DNA of 64,000 nt from Gemmatimonadota bacterium (GCA_020348925.1 CP070758.1:3363688-3427687); one strand, 5' to 3'. Positions 30,329-41,459 are shown, counted from the first letter of the stretch. The notes: generated from the sequence alone by a model not told the origin. Made by a program: numbers and translations.

Positions 30329-31966
30329 TTACTTATGAATCTGTCTCTTTCGCCCTATCACAGCGAATAGAATCAAGAGAACAGTAATGCCTAAATAGTA
30401 TAAAGGAATACCAGACCGGACCGAAGCCTCGGTCGAACCTATATAATTGAGAAATTTCACTGCTTTAAATGCACCCAAATACCATACAATGAAATACACC
30501 ATTTCGAAAAGCCGACCCCCGTTTGTCCAGACACCGAGAGTCAGAGCGAGCGAGGGCACAAAGAGAATACCCACGGCCCAAGCGCCGAGATGATTCCATT
30601 GACCGACAAAAAGCCAACGCAGCCCGTTCCCGCTGGTAGCGATAACGGTTACCAGCACCCCCGCCAGCCAGATCGCGGGGAGCTGACGGCGCACCAGACG
30701 GGCCGTGGAAAATACAATCTGTTGTGTCTGATACCGTTTTTCGTAATTGCCCATGGACGACCAGAGAAAGATCGGCCAGATCCAGGCAGCGGGGATCAAC
30801 CATCGGCGACAGACCTCAAGCGGGCTGGCCAGGTTGGCTATGATCAGACCGACGGTCACCATATACCACCACCATTTCCGTCCTCTCGCTATCAGGAGGA
30901 ATTCAGTCAGAACCATGTTCCAAAAACGGCCGTGCATACTTTTTTCATCCAAAGGCGTCAGTTGCACGTCTACATTGGGAACATGAGATGAAACCAATTC
31001 ATTCGTTACCAGGAGAGTCGCTTCAAAGTCCGTCTCTTGCTTTCTCCGTTTCCGTTTGGGCTTTTTTCGTCTCTTCCGCAACCGAAGGTGCCGGCGAGCG
31101 GGATCGAAGCGATCAAAGGGAAGTGCTGCGGCCAGAACAATCGCCACCGCCAGGCCAAACCACATCAAACGCTCCAGGATTATGTCTGCAGTCCAAACCA
31201 AGCCATCCCAGACAAAGCGAACAACCTCGCGACCGCCAGTCGGCTCGAACAGATCGGTTGTGCCCTGGTTGATGTCAACACCTTTGGATTCCAACAACTC
31301 TCGAATGTCCACCATTGTCCTCGATATGCCGGAAAAATCATTGGAAGGAACAAGTGTCTCCGGAGACAGAAAAGGCTGGGCAATGTACCATGTAAAGAGG
31401 CAGAGATAAACCGCCTGGCCGATGCCTCTGCGCAGCAGAGGCAACGTTTCGAAAAGAACCGCCACGGCTGACACGATGGCCAGGGTCGGAAATCCTATGA
31501 ACCAGATCGGTGCAATCAGTGCCCACAGATCAATGTTCGTATCTTCGGCCCGGACAATCTGCATGATGAGGGCCATCACGGTCAGAATAACGAGAATCGA
31601 AGTCAACACGGCCAGATTGCTCAACCACTTCCCAAACACATAAACCGGCTTCCTGATCGGTGTGGTGGCAATAATCTGCCCCACACGCGTCTCGTAATCC
31701 CGGTTGACGGCGTTTCTGATGAGATAAAAACCGATGAGAACAAGAAGCGTGGAAACCACCACCCCAAAAACCGTCCCCACCCAGGCCGAGTTGTAGACTC
31801 CCCGCTGACCGCCAACAACAAAAGCATTGTAAAGTGCATCGATGGGGGGCACCATGGCATAGCCGGCATACACGGTCACCCCCAGCACGATCAAAAAGCT
31901 GTAACGCCGGACACGTTCCAGAAAATCGGCCCGCATCAAATGATAGACGCTGAGAACGATCCTCAC
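30329..31966 (-). CDS. ABC transporter permease (paralog 2)
   Basis: Multi-TM; ADFLERVRR, RGVYNSAWVG, GKWLSN, FDRFDP; GTGA overlap with the upstream permease. Confidence 0.8.
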   Translation of the reverse strand: MRIVLSVYHLMRADFLERVRRYSFLIVLGVTVYAGYAMVPPIDALYNAFVVGGQRGVYNSAWVGTVFGVVVSTLLVLIGFYLIRNAVNRDYETRVGQIIATTPIRKPVYVFGKWLSNLAVLTSILVILTVMALIMQIVRAEDTNIDLWALIAPIWFIGFPTLAIVSAVAVLFETLPLLRRGIGQAVYLCLFTWYIAQPFLSPETLVPSNDFSGISRTMVDIRELLESKGVDINQGTTDLFEPTGGREVVRFVWDGLVWTADIILERLMWFGLAVAIVLAAALPFDRFDPARRHLRLRKRRKKPKRKRRKQETDFEATLLVTNELVSSHVPNVDVQLTPLDEKSMHGRFWNMVLTEFLLIARGRKWWWYMVTVGLIIANLASPLEVCRRWLIPAAWIWPIFLWSSMGNYEKRYQTQQIVFSTARLVRRQLPAIWLAGVLVTVIATSGNGLRWLFVGQWNHLGAWAVGILFVPSLALTLGVWTNGGRLFEMVYFIVWYLGAFKAVKFLNYIGSTEASVRSGIPLYYLGITVLLILFAVIGRKRQIHK

Positions 31967-33606
31967 CTCTGCAACTCCTTCCACCTTCCAACCACTGCCA
32001 CGACGTACAAAAGGAGACTCAGCCCCAGGCAGACAAAAGGAATCTCCCAGCTTACATCTTCGAGGGCCAAGCCTTTAAAATCCATGCCCCCGGCAAGGTT
32101 GAAGGTCCCATACCACAAAATCAGATAGATAACTTCAAACATGCGGGGCGTATTGCTCCAGGTTCCCAAGGCCAAGGCAAGGGACGGAATGAACACGGCT
32201 CCCAGCAACACGGCAACCAGTTGGCCCGTTTCACCCCTTATTACAAGACCGAGAGCTACTCCGGTCCCTAACAGGAGAGCGAAAAACACTCCAACCAGCC
32301 AGGTCGCAGCAAGCTGGCGGCGTAGGGGATGGGAAGCGGAAAAGATCAGTTTGTACGTAAAATGGTGTGTCTCCCTCGCGCCCATCATCGACCAGACCTT
32401 CAGAGGCCAGAGCCACGAGAAAAACAGGATCATCAGTGAAACTTCGGGCTTGGTTGCAGCGCCGCCGACGACAAAAGCCACAACGCCAGCGTACCACCAC
32501 CATGCGTGTCCCCTGAGCGCCAGACGCAATTCCGCCAACAACACAGTGCCAAAACGCCAGTATCCCTTTCGATCATTCAACGGCCTCAGGTCGGCTACCG
32601 GAACCTCGATCAGGTCCTTACCGGACAGGGCTGGATCTCTCCGTTCAGGTAGTTCCACCGTACGTTTGGACAGTCCAAAGACCTTGAGTCTTTGACCCAC
32701 ACCATGGCCCGACTTATCGCGCCTGCGGGCGGGGTCGAAGCGATCAAAGGGCAGCACGGCAGTGAGAGCGAGAACCATGGCTATCCCGAACCACATCAGA
32801 CGTTCAACAAATATTCGAGGCGTCCAGACGATGCCTTCCCATCGAAAGATTATGGGATCAGCCGTAAACTTTTCAGCACCAATGCTTAAACTTCCTCCGT
32901 AATCCGGATCAATCTTGAGTAATTCCCGCTGCATACTGGCAATCGGCCGGGACATTCCGTAAAAGTCACAGGAAGGTTGAGACATTCCATTGGCATCCGT
33001 CGTCCCGGCAATAAAGAGCGGCAGCATGGCCATGTACAAAAAAAAGTACGCCACGTTTCCAAAACTACCGCTCAAAAAAGGAACACTTTCAAACAACACG
33101 CCCATCGCAGCCACACTAGCCAATACGGGCAAACCCATAAGCCAGATCGGCGCCACCAGTGACCACAAGTCAATGTGCCTGTCCTCCCCCCGGAAGAGCT
33201 GCATCCCCAGCGCCGTTACTGTTAAAATGAAGAGAATTAGGGATAATACTGCCAAATTACTCAACCACTTTCCCAGAACATAGACAGGTTTGCTCGTCGG
33301 CGTGCCGGCAATTATGCGACCCACCCCTGTTTTACGATCCCGTCTCACCGCATTATTGATCAGGTAAAAAGTGATCAGTGGAGAAAGTGTTGCGCTCATC
33401 GCTCCAAACATGGTACCGACCCACGGCGAGTTGTAGACACCTCTCGCGTTCCCCAGCGTGAGGGTCTGATAATTGGCATCTCTTGGCGGTACGAAGAAAT
33501 AGCCCATAAAGAGGGTCATTATCACCACGACCAAAAAGCTGAAACTCCGGACACGCTCTTGAAAATCGGACCGCATGAAATGGTACATACTCCGAAGGAC
33601 GATCAT
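31963..33606 (-). CDS. ABC transporter permease (paralog 1)
   Basis: Same motifs as paralog 2; ATGA-coupled to the ATPase. Confidence 0.8.
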   Translation of the reverse strand: MIVLRSMYHFMRSDFQERVRSFSFLVVVIMTLFMGYFFVPPRDANYQTLTLGNARGVYNSPWVGTMFGAMSATLSPLITFYLINNAVRRDRKTGVGRIIAGTPTSKPVYVLGKWLSNLAVLSLILFILTVTALGMQLFRGEDRHIDLWSLVAPIWLMGLPVLASVAAMGVLFESVPFLSGSFGNVAYFFLYMAMLPLFIAGTTDANGMSQPSCDFYGMSRPIASMQRELLKIDPDYGGSLSIGAEKFTADPIIFRWEGIVWTPRIFVERLMWFGIAMVLALTAVLPFDRFDPARRRDKSGHGVGQRLKVFGLSKRTVELPERRDPALSGKDLIEVPVADLRPLNDRKGYWRFGTVLLAELRLALRGHAWWWYAGVVAFVVGGAATKPEVSLMILFFSWLWPLKVWSMMGARETHHFTYKLIFSASHPLRRQLAATWLVGVFFALLLGTGVALGLVIRGETGQLVAVLLGAVFIPSLALALGTWSNTPRMFEVIYLILWYGTFNLAGGMDFKGLALEDVSWEIPFVCLGLSLLLYVVAVVGRWKELQR

Positions 33607-34505
33607 TGTTCTCGCATCTCCGAATTTTGAGCCGCACCCTGTGTCGAAGAAATGGAATAGAGATAGGCATCCTCCAATGTCGGCGGGACACCTTGAGCCG
33701 CATCTGCGGGCTGAGCGTCGGCAACGATGCGAACGTGCACGCCGTCACTGCGCCGGGCGGTGCTGCTGATCAGATATTGCTGGCGGAACGATGTCAACTC
33801 GTGGCTGGAGATCGTACACATCCATACTTTGCCTTCTACCGCTTGCAACAACTGCTCAGGCGCGGCGTGCTGCAGCAGATGCCCTTTACGAATGAGCGCG
33901 ATTTCGGTTGCTGTGGCCTCCACATCGGAAACGATATGGGTGGAAAGGATAACGATGCGTTCGCCGGACAGATCGGAGAGGAGGTTCCGAAAACGGACGC
34001 GCCCCTCAGGATCAAGACCGGTGGTCGGTTCGTCGACGACGAGAAGTTGCGGGTCGTTGAGAAGGGCCTGGGCGATGCCCACCCGCTGTTTCATACCACC
34101 CGAGTAACCGCCCAGGGGGCGCTTGCAGACGTCGGTGAGATTGACCAATTGCAGCAGCTCGTCGATCCGTCGACGCGCCGCTTTGCCGCTCACACCTTTG
34201 ATGGCCGCCAGGTATTGCAGAAATTCGACTGCGTTGAGGTTGGGGTAAATACCAAAATCCTGCGGAAGATAACCGAGCACTGCGCGCAGCGTATTGGGTA
34301 ACCGGGCAGTATCCTTTCCATTCCAGGTGACCCGGCCTTCCGTGGGTTTGGTAACGGTCGCCAGAATGTTCATCAGCGTCGTCTTGCCCGCGCCATTCGG
34401 ACCCAGTAAGCCCAATATACCCGGTCGCAACTCCAGGCTGAAATTGCGCAGTCCCCAGACATTACCTTTGTACCTTTTACCCACATTGTCAATGACGAGT
34501 TTCAT
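33603..34505 (-). CDS. ABC transporter ATP-binding protein (ABC-2 exporter)
   Basis: GPNGAGKTT, YSGGMKQR, VVDEP, STH. Confidence 0.95.
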   Translation of the reverse strand: MKLVIDNVGKRYKGNVWGLRNFSLELRPGILGLLGPNGAGKTTLMNILATVTKPTEGRVTWNGKDTARLPNTLRAVLGYLPQDFGIYPNLNAVEFLQYLAAIKGVSGKAARRRIDELLQLVNLTDVCKRPLGGYSGGMKQRVGIAQALLNDPQLLVVDEPTTGLDPEGRVRFRNLLSDLSGERIVILSTHIVSDVEATATEIALIRKGHLLQHAAPEQLLQAVEGKVWMCTISSHELTSFRQQYLISSTARRSDGVHVRIVADAQPADAAQGVPPTLEDAYLYSISSTQGAAQNSEMREQ

Positions 34506-34876
34506 AGGTTCACCTCTTTTCGTCAGTCTCGAAAATCAAACCGTGCCCTAAAGTGTTTCTGCTGGATTATGCACCACACAAGTGCATTCCACGGTGTAGT
34601 TTTCCCCGTTGGAAAAAGATTCCACAGGGTTCGTACAAGGGCAGAGAGACACCCATATGATCGAAAAACAATACACCGTGAAATGTATCCCTAAAAATAA
34701 TTGTCAGATTCTATGGCGAAATTTGAGCCTAATGGAATCATGTATATTCTCTGCATCATGTTGTTCTTTGCACATATGATGGAACGGACTCTTCTTGGCA
34801 AGCAAGAAGTACGCCGCTGGGAAGAACAGTCTCGTTGCATTTGTCAGGCACTATGAAAGTGATAAATCATAAAATT

Positions 34877-35773
34877 TTATTTTTTAATTTCAAAGGGTTC
34901 CAGATGAACGACGACATCCAATACGTTGGGACCTTTTCCGATAAGTTCGCTTTTTACTTCTTCCGAAATGTTATGGCCCAAGCGAACAGAAACTTCCGCA
35001 TCAACTAAAATATGAAGATCGACGTGTAAATTAGACCCAAACTTTCGAGTTCTTATGGCATGTACCCCCTTCACACCATGAACATTTTTTGCTATTTTCT
35101 TTATAATATGATGATCTTTCGTTGAGGCCCCGCGATCGATAAGTTCCGATAATGACGGCCTGACAATATCCCAAGAGACTTTCAAAATAAAAATGGAAAT
35201 TATTAGTGCTCCTATATGGTCAACAAAGGCCCATTTTGCATTCGTCGCAGAAGCTGCGACAGCAATGAGCGCTGGTACTGAACTTAAAGCATCCGATCGA
35301 TGATGCCATGCATTGGCAACAACAGCAGAAGATTTCACTCGATAACCTATTTTAACTGTCCACCGATACAATATTTCCTTACTCACGATAGAAAGCGATG
35401 GACCTAAGATTGCGATCCAAGCCGTTTGTCCTATATGATCATCGCGAATAGTGGTAAGAGATTTATATCCTAATACAAAAGCGACAATGAGGAGAGCAAG
35501 TCCAATTACGGCAGTGATCAATGCTTCAATTCGTCGATGTCCATAGGGATGATCCTCATCCGGTGGCGCGGACCAATACTTCACTCCGAAGAGAACCGCA
35601 AAATCAGTAGATATGTCCGATATGCTGTGCACTGCATCTGCGATAACTGCTTGACTGGAGCCTAAAAAGCCAACGATAAATTTTACCATCGCCAGACCCA
35701 GATTGACGACTATACCGATCCATGTTACTCTCCTAATCTGGGTAACATTGTCACTGTTTTTCTTTGACTCCAT
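34877..35773 (-). CDS. cation diffusion facilitator family transporter (FieF-like)
   Basis: ADAVHSISD, HPYGH.R.E, NAWHHRSD, VVVHLEP. Confidence 0.93.
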   Translation of the reverse strand: MESKKNSDNVTQIRRVTWIGIVVNLGLAMVKFIVGFLGSSQAVIADAVHSISDISTDFAVLFGVKYWSAPPDEDHPYGHRRIEALITAVIGLALLIVAFVLGYKSLTTIRDDHIGQTAWIAILGPSLSIVSKEILYRWTVKIGYRVKSSAVVANAWHHRSDALSSVPALIAVAASATNAKWAFVDHIGALIISIFILKVSWDIVRPSLSELIDRGASTKDHHIIKKIAKNVHGVKGVHAIRTRKFGSNLHVDLHILVDAEVSVRLGHNISEEVKSELIGKGPNVLDVVVHLEPFEIKK

Positions 35774-36263
35774 CTTATCTCGAACATTCTCCCACAATGC
35801 GGTTCGTCTCATTTAAATGTCAGGACTGTCTATAGCAATTGAGAATAAAACCATTTCAGACCGATGTCTTATCGTTCCTAATTTATAATCAAATGTACAA
35901 GCCAACCACACTTATTATGAAATGCCAACAGTAGTATTATACATTAGGCAAAGCGATATACTGTGATATCCCATTTTTTACTGTTTTTCTCAAAATTATT
36001 CCGTGTCACATACACTCTCCATGACATCAAGGGCAATAAGTACCTTCTCTACTTGGTTCATGTCCCATCTGAATAAACAGCTTTCCCCGGCTCGAGAATT
36101 TTTTATGCACTTTAGAATTTGGAGAGAACAGTTTGCCACGCGCTTCTTTCCTTTTTCTGGAAATCTCCTGAATTTTATCCGTGACAACCTTTTCAATAAA
36201 AAGTACGTTCCTCAACTCTCTCAGTGGCGCTCGATCTGAGAATAGAACTACGAACGAATGTAC

Positions 36264-36857
36264 TCAAAAGTCTCTCCCGAGTTGATATGCTCTTGCCAGA
36301 TTTTTCAAGCGAACCGCCTCATCATGTTCAACCATCCCACCGAGAATCTCCATATCGGCCGCCTTCACGCCCACGCCAAGCAAGCGATCATTGAGCATGA
36401 TCTGTCTCATGCTTTCTGCGATCCCGGTCTCCTCAAGATGCTCCACCGTGTGTCCTGCCGAACAGAGAACCAGAGCTTTCTCAATTTGTATCTTCGAAAT
36501 GAGATGCTCGCCGTTTTCATAATAGTACGCATACCCATATGCCCAGACTCGATCGAACCACCCTTTCAGTTTAGCCGGACAATCGCTCCACCAGACGGGA
36601 TATACAAAGACCAAAGCATCTGCTCTGTCGATTTTATCCTGCTCTCTCTTGACGTCTTGGGGAACTTGTGCATCGACATCCAAGGACGACTCACGAGTAT
36701 ATTGATCCAGATCCATATCGGTAACGAAATTCATTTCGTAGAGATCGCAGATTTCAAAGGTATGATTTGCGTCCCGTAATCCTTGGGTGAATACCTCGAG
36801 CACTTCCCATGTAAAAGATTTTTTGCTGGGATGGGCGAAAACAATATAGATATGCAT
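36264..36857 (-). CDS. NAD(P)H-dependent oxidoreductase (flavodoxin-like, MdaB/KefF family)
   Basis: AHPSKKSF, DLYEMNF, YPVWWSDCPAKLKGWFDRV. Confidence 0.9.
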   Translation of the reverse strand: MHIYIVFAHPSKKSFTWEVLEVFTQGLRDANHTFEICDLYEMNFVTDMDLDQYTRESSLDVDAQVPQDVKREQDKIDRADALVFVYPVWWSDCPAKLKGWFDRVWAYGYAYYYENGEHLISKIQIEKALVLCSAGHTVEHLEETGIAESMRQIMLNDRLLGVGVKAADMEILGGMVEHDEAVRLKNLARAYQLGRDF

Positions 36858-37102
36858 GGCGATTTCTCCCTTTTGATAGTGAGCAGAAGGAAGACTCTTG
36901 GGGACAAAATAGATGCCAATCGCGTATCCAGAGACGGTTTGACTCTGAGGTCGCAGAAAAACCATTACAGAAGAACAAACTTTTAGACACACCTTTGTGG
37001 CAATAGTTTCTCGGTCGAAAGGCGTGGCAAATCCTTGTCATGCCACGAAGAACGGACACTGTCTAACAGGAACTCAGGATATGTTGTGGAGACGCGAACC
37101 TC

Positions 37103-37645
37103 TTATCGAATATCTATGTATATATTGGGCTTATTTGTTTTTTTTATGAGACCACACCAGTTTTCCGGAAGTTCCTCTATGCCGGCAACTTTTTTAAATT
37201 TATCAAGTGCTAATGGAACAACTTCAAATTTAGCCTCGGTAAGAAGTCTCCCCTTTTCGTCCCGGGCTTCAGTTCGTACCAACGCAAAATCCACATGAGT
37301 CCCCTCCTTCTCAATCCATCCTGAGAGTGAGAGGAGCTTCCCCTCATGGGCAGGCCGAACATATTTTATGTTCGCGGAGCGAAGTATCCAGAACACCTTC
37401 ATCTCGCTCCGTAAAACAGTCGGAGTCCAAAATGCCATGCAATCGAGAGCGGTGTAGATCGCTCCTCCATGAGTGATGCCGGGAAATCCGATCATGTAAT
37501 TCGTGGGATTAAAAGTACCTATGAGGCGATCGTCATTATCCGGGTCCCGTTCAATTTCAATCTTCAATCCGTTGGGATTCTCGTGCCCGCACCCGAAGCA
37601 CACATTTTCCGGCAATAGAACTTTGTTCAATGTTTCATCTGCCAT
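37103..37645 (-). CDS. PaaI family (hotdog-fold) thioesterase
   Basis: CFGCG.ENP.GL, GFPGITHGG.I.TALD. Confidence 0.85.
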   Translation of the reverse strand: MADETLNKVLLPENVCFGCGHENPNGLKIEIERDPDNDDRLIGTFNPTNYMIGFPGITHGGAIYTALDCMAFWTPTVLRSEMKVFWILRSANIKYVRPAHEGKLLSLSGWIEKEGTHVDFALVRTEARDEKGRLLTEAKFEVVPLALDKFKKVAGIEELPENWCGLIKKTNKPNIYIDIR

Positions 37646-37812
37646 AATCTCTCGTAGTCTCAAAATTAGCTATGATAATTGGTATAAGGAGACAACATAA
37701 CATTTCTTATTTCGCTCGGCGATCATTCACTCTGCTTCTCAAACGGTCACTGGTTCAAAGCACATTAGGAAACGCATTACCCAGATTCAATTGATCGTGA
37801 AAGGATTCTTCC

Positions 37813-39498
37813 TCAAGATGCTACCCTCGCAAGTTTCATGATAGCACGTCGCAGGCGCCGATGTTTGTCGAATAACCTTACAAAGTCGGATTCGCGGGGT
37901 CCGCCCTTCGCTCTGACGATCTTTACGAGCGCACGCTTCTTCTCAGGTTTCCAGCCGGAGAGTCCCGGCAATGTCAGGACGAGGGGGCTCCAACGTTCCC
38001 ACGCCAGACGCTCACCAGCCGACCAATTCCGCAGGGTCCTGACTCCCAGAAGTTTCGCCGCCTCGCGCGACAGCGTCCGCACCCCCTTCTCCCGGTCGGA
38101 CCCGAAACGCTCCGCCAACAGGCGGGAGATTTTCAGGCCGAGCTCTCCAATGGATATCTTCGCCAGGACATCCTGCCTTGTCTTGTCGAGATAAAGGAAC
38201 ATAGGTTCGGAGGAGAGCTTCTGCAGGGTCGCCAGGCTGGAGCGATGCCGGGGATTCCGGCGCAAGCACCGCAGCTCAGATCGAAGTATCCGGCGCACCT
38301 CCGGATCCTCGGGGCGGAAGCCGAGTTTATAGTAGAACCACCAGGCTCCGGACACGAGACCTTCTTTGTTGTCGTGTCCGAGCTGATATGGATCGATGGA
38401 GAAGGCAGTCGAACCAAAGAGGTGTCGCGCCATGGCCAGCACGCGCCCGAAGATTCGGGCGGCTTCGGCCCCCCGGTACGTCTCGAAGACGTTGTAGGCG
38501 ATCTCCGAGGAGCTGAACAGGGAGCTGGCGAGCACGTACCCGATAGGCACGCCGTTCTTTATGGTCAAAAAGCCGTAAACCGTCTCCAGGAGCAAACGCC
38601 GTTCAGGAATCTGACCGATACAGGCGAACTGGAGGCCCTGCCCGCAATCGACCAGCCTGACGTCGTTCATGTCACCGTAGGCGAAGGCGTCGAGGTCCCG
38701 GGCACGGGTGATCATGGCTTCCACAGCTGCATCGACCAATCGCTGACCTTCACCGGGTGAGAGAAAACGCACCCGAAGCGGTGGCCTTCGGATCTCCTGC
38801 CTCAGATTGGGTCGCGTCCGTGACAGAGGTTTGCTCTGATAGATGACAGGCATCCCGGGCAGTTTCGCACCTGTGCGTGTCGGCGTGCCCGGACCTGGGG
38901 CGAGCCGCATGAGGATGTCGAGATCCTCGTAAAGCTTCTCCCGGCTGAAGGAGCTTGCCCTCAGGGCCGCGAAGCGGCGGATCAGGAAGGCCGCGTCCGT
39001 TTCGCCGGGACCCTTCAAACGGTCGAGCCATTCCCTCGGTGAAAAGCTCAAACTGTCGAGAGAAGGATACTCGGAGTAGGGCAGAAGCATGACCAGCATA
39101 TCGACCAGCTTTTGTTTGTTGGTGAACTCGGTCCAGTCGATGGTGAGGTTATCCGGGAACCGTTTGGCGAGCCAACAGGCCGTGGGCCAGAAGAAGCGGT
39201 AGTAAATGTCTGTGCCGACGATGCCCGTATCGGCCAGCTCTCGACGACGTAGGCGCAGGTCGCTACGCCTGGCAAACACAGCAAGCATGCGCTCCACATG
39301 TTCGAGAACAAACTTATTGTCAGGGTAAGCCTGCAGGAAAGAGAGTAACTCGTGGAGACGATAGACTTCCTTGGCTTTGTCCAACCGTTGGCGTTCGAGC
39401 TTTCCCAAGAGATCCAGCTTCCGCGTGGCGGCTCCGCAGCCGTAAGAATTCTTCATCTTCTCAAGCTGTCTCAAAAGGGTTGCTGCTTTCACTCCCAT
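37813..39498 (-). CDS. hypothetical protein, basic, with a predicted divergent GNAT-like segment
   Basis: 561-aa ORF with GGAGG RBS and TTGACA-17-TATATT promoter (39627-39655); NGVPIGY…YRG.EAAR…FYYKLGF. Confidence 0.75.
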   Translation of the reverse strand: MGVKAATLLRQLEKMKNSYGCGAATRKLDLLGKLERQRLDKAKEVYRLHELLSFLQAYPDNKFVLEHVERMLAVFARRSDLRLRRRELADTGIVGTDIYYRFFWPTACWLAKRFPDNLTIDWTEFTNKQKLVDMLVMLLPYSEYPSLDSLSFSPREWLDRLKGPGETDAAFLIRRFAALRASSFSREKLYEDLDILMRLAPGPGTPTRTGAKLPGMPVIYQSKPLSRTRPNLRQEIRRPPLRVRFLSPGEGQRLVDAAVEAMITRARDLDAFAYGDMNDVRLVDCGQGLQFACIGQIPERRLLLETVYGFLTIKNGVPIGYVLASSLFSSSEIAYNVFETYRGAEAARIFGRVLAMARHLFGSTAFSIDPYQLGHDNKEGLVSGAWWFYYKLGFRPEDPEVRRILRSELRCLRRNPRHRSSLATLQKLSSEPMFLYLDKTRQDVLAKISIGELGLKISRLLAERFGSDREKGVRTLSREAAKLLGVRTLRNWSAGERLAWERWSPLVLTLPGLSGWKPEKKRALVKIVRAKGGPRESDFVRLFDKHRRLRRAIMKLARVAS

Positions 39499-39750
39499 GA
39501 CAAGTCACTTCCTCCACCGTGCGTCTCTCTGTATGGTATTTGTCAGTCTGATGGGTGATTCCCAAATTCCAAAATTATAACGGTTCTAAAACCGTTATAA
39601 TTTCTATTCAGGAGTCTATTAAAGACAATATATGGCTTACCAGAAATCCTGTCAAGTCATTTTCCATATGCACATTGGCCGGGGATTTCCTTGACAATCT
39701 TCAATCTTTCTCAGTCCAACCGCTACAGCAGAAAGGAGAACATGGGACTG

Positions 39751-41459
39751 CTATCGAATATCTAATATCTTCATTATTTCAGGGGTGCGTTTGACCCCGC
39801 TTGCCTCCGGGACACACTCGCTGATGCCCAGAATCACGTTTACAATACCCAATACATCAAGGACATCAATGTCGCCGTTCCCGTCACAGTCTGCCCGGTC
39901 AAGGGCATCTCCGACCAAAGGATCCCTTTCCAGGACATGACGAACCACGGCCAGCACGTCCAGGACATCGATGGCTCCGTCATTGTTGACATCGCCCCTT
40001 CTCTCCTCGGGCATTCCGGCAATGGACACCGACAATGCATTCGACCACTCACTCTCATTACCGTTACCGTCTTTTGCCCTTACTTTCATCTCGTATAACC
40101 CCGCTTCACTCCATATGTGCAGCGCGTTCACCTGAGCTCCCGAAGCATACGGTCCCAGCCAGCCGCTGTCGGTTCCGTCGCCCCAGTCGAAGAGATAGTA
40201 AACATCATCACCTTCAGGATCCCCCGTGCTGCTGGTGTACATATACTCCGTATCTATCCCGCCGGAGGATGATCCGTCCGGTGTCCCAGGTGTATCAGGT
40301 GCCTGATTCTCCGGAGTAGTACCGGCGTCTCGAACACATCGGACGTAGTTGTAAATGCGAACGGCGTCGCCCTGAGGACCGTGGCCGGTGGAGTAGTCAG
40401 CCGGATCGCCGGCCTTGGGATCGCTTCGCTGGGCGCCGGCGCCGTGCACGTCCTGCCACTGTCCGTTCATGTAGCCCATGGCCCGGCCGAAAGCGACGTA
40501 AGCCGCATTCCCGCCTTCCTGTCCCGTGCGGGTACTGGCTTGGGTCGTACCGGTCCAATAGCATGGATAATCCGTTTGTCCGGCTTCGTTAATAATCAAG
40601 GTGACATTAAATACCGGATCGATGGCAGCCGAACTTGTGGTTGACGGTGACCGGGTATAATCGACAATACTCTGCAGTTGCTTGGCATTGGGCAGACGCC
40701 AATCGTTATAGCCGGCCAGTATTAAGCTCTCAGCATAATTGAGGGCTTCCTGCCAGTTATAACCATGTTCGTCGTCTGCTTTCTGCCACATCAGTCCCGT
40801 GGCCCTATCTGTGACGGTCCCGTCGCCGTTATCTAAGAAGTCGTTCTGACCGTAACCGGAGTTGCCCCGCACATAGCGCACGAACTGCTCCATCTCTCCG
40901 CCACCGGGAAACTCCCTGCCGTAACCCTTGATCCGCCCGTCGGCGAAGTTGACGCCGAAAGTCGTCGCACTGCCGCCCATGGTCGTCGAGACGTATTCCG
41001 TGCTCGACCAGTACTGGGCGTCGATGATCCGCTCTCCGGGCCGCTGGGATCGGTGCCGCTGAACAGGATCAGCAAGTACAGCTCCTTGATGGACGGCAGC
41101 CGCCAGTCGGTATACCCGGCCAGGCTGAATGTCGAGGCTCCAGCCACGGCTTCACTGAAAATCACTTTCTCTCCCGGAGTCTTCTGCCACATCAGGCCGG
41201 TATTGAGGTCCGTCACGGTGCCGTCGCCGTTATCCTGATAGGACGGTTGCGTCCCATAGTACTGGGCATCCTGCCCATAGAAGGACTGTCCTGACTGAGG
41301 GCAGACCATCTCGGTAATCGTGTTATAGCATGCACCTTGATCGGTATCGACGATGAGATACTCTTCGGCCCAGACCTTCTGTGATTGGAAACATGTGGGG
41401 GGATTGCCCAAGAGAATAACTACTCCGGTGAGTAGTACGTGAAAAAGCTTTCCTTTCAT
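39751..41459 (-). pseudogene. secreted DUF1566 (Lcl) x2 + PKD + dockerin protein, frameshifted near 41030-41040
   Basis: Two DNGDGTVTD..TGLMWQK…DWRLP units; YYLFDWGDGT (PKD); GDVNNDG..D..D dockerin. Frame switches between FSGTDPSGP and ERIIDAQYWSST. Confidence 0.85.

Noticed and set aside
35996-36239. Short overlapping ORFs between the CDF and oxidoreductase genes
   Set aside because: Possibly a gene remnant, but no family recognised
28728-41459. Diversity-generating retroelement (FGE and DUF1566 CLec folds are typical DGR targets)
   Set aside because: No reverse transcriptase, Avd or adenine-mismatched template repeat seen in the window
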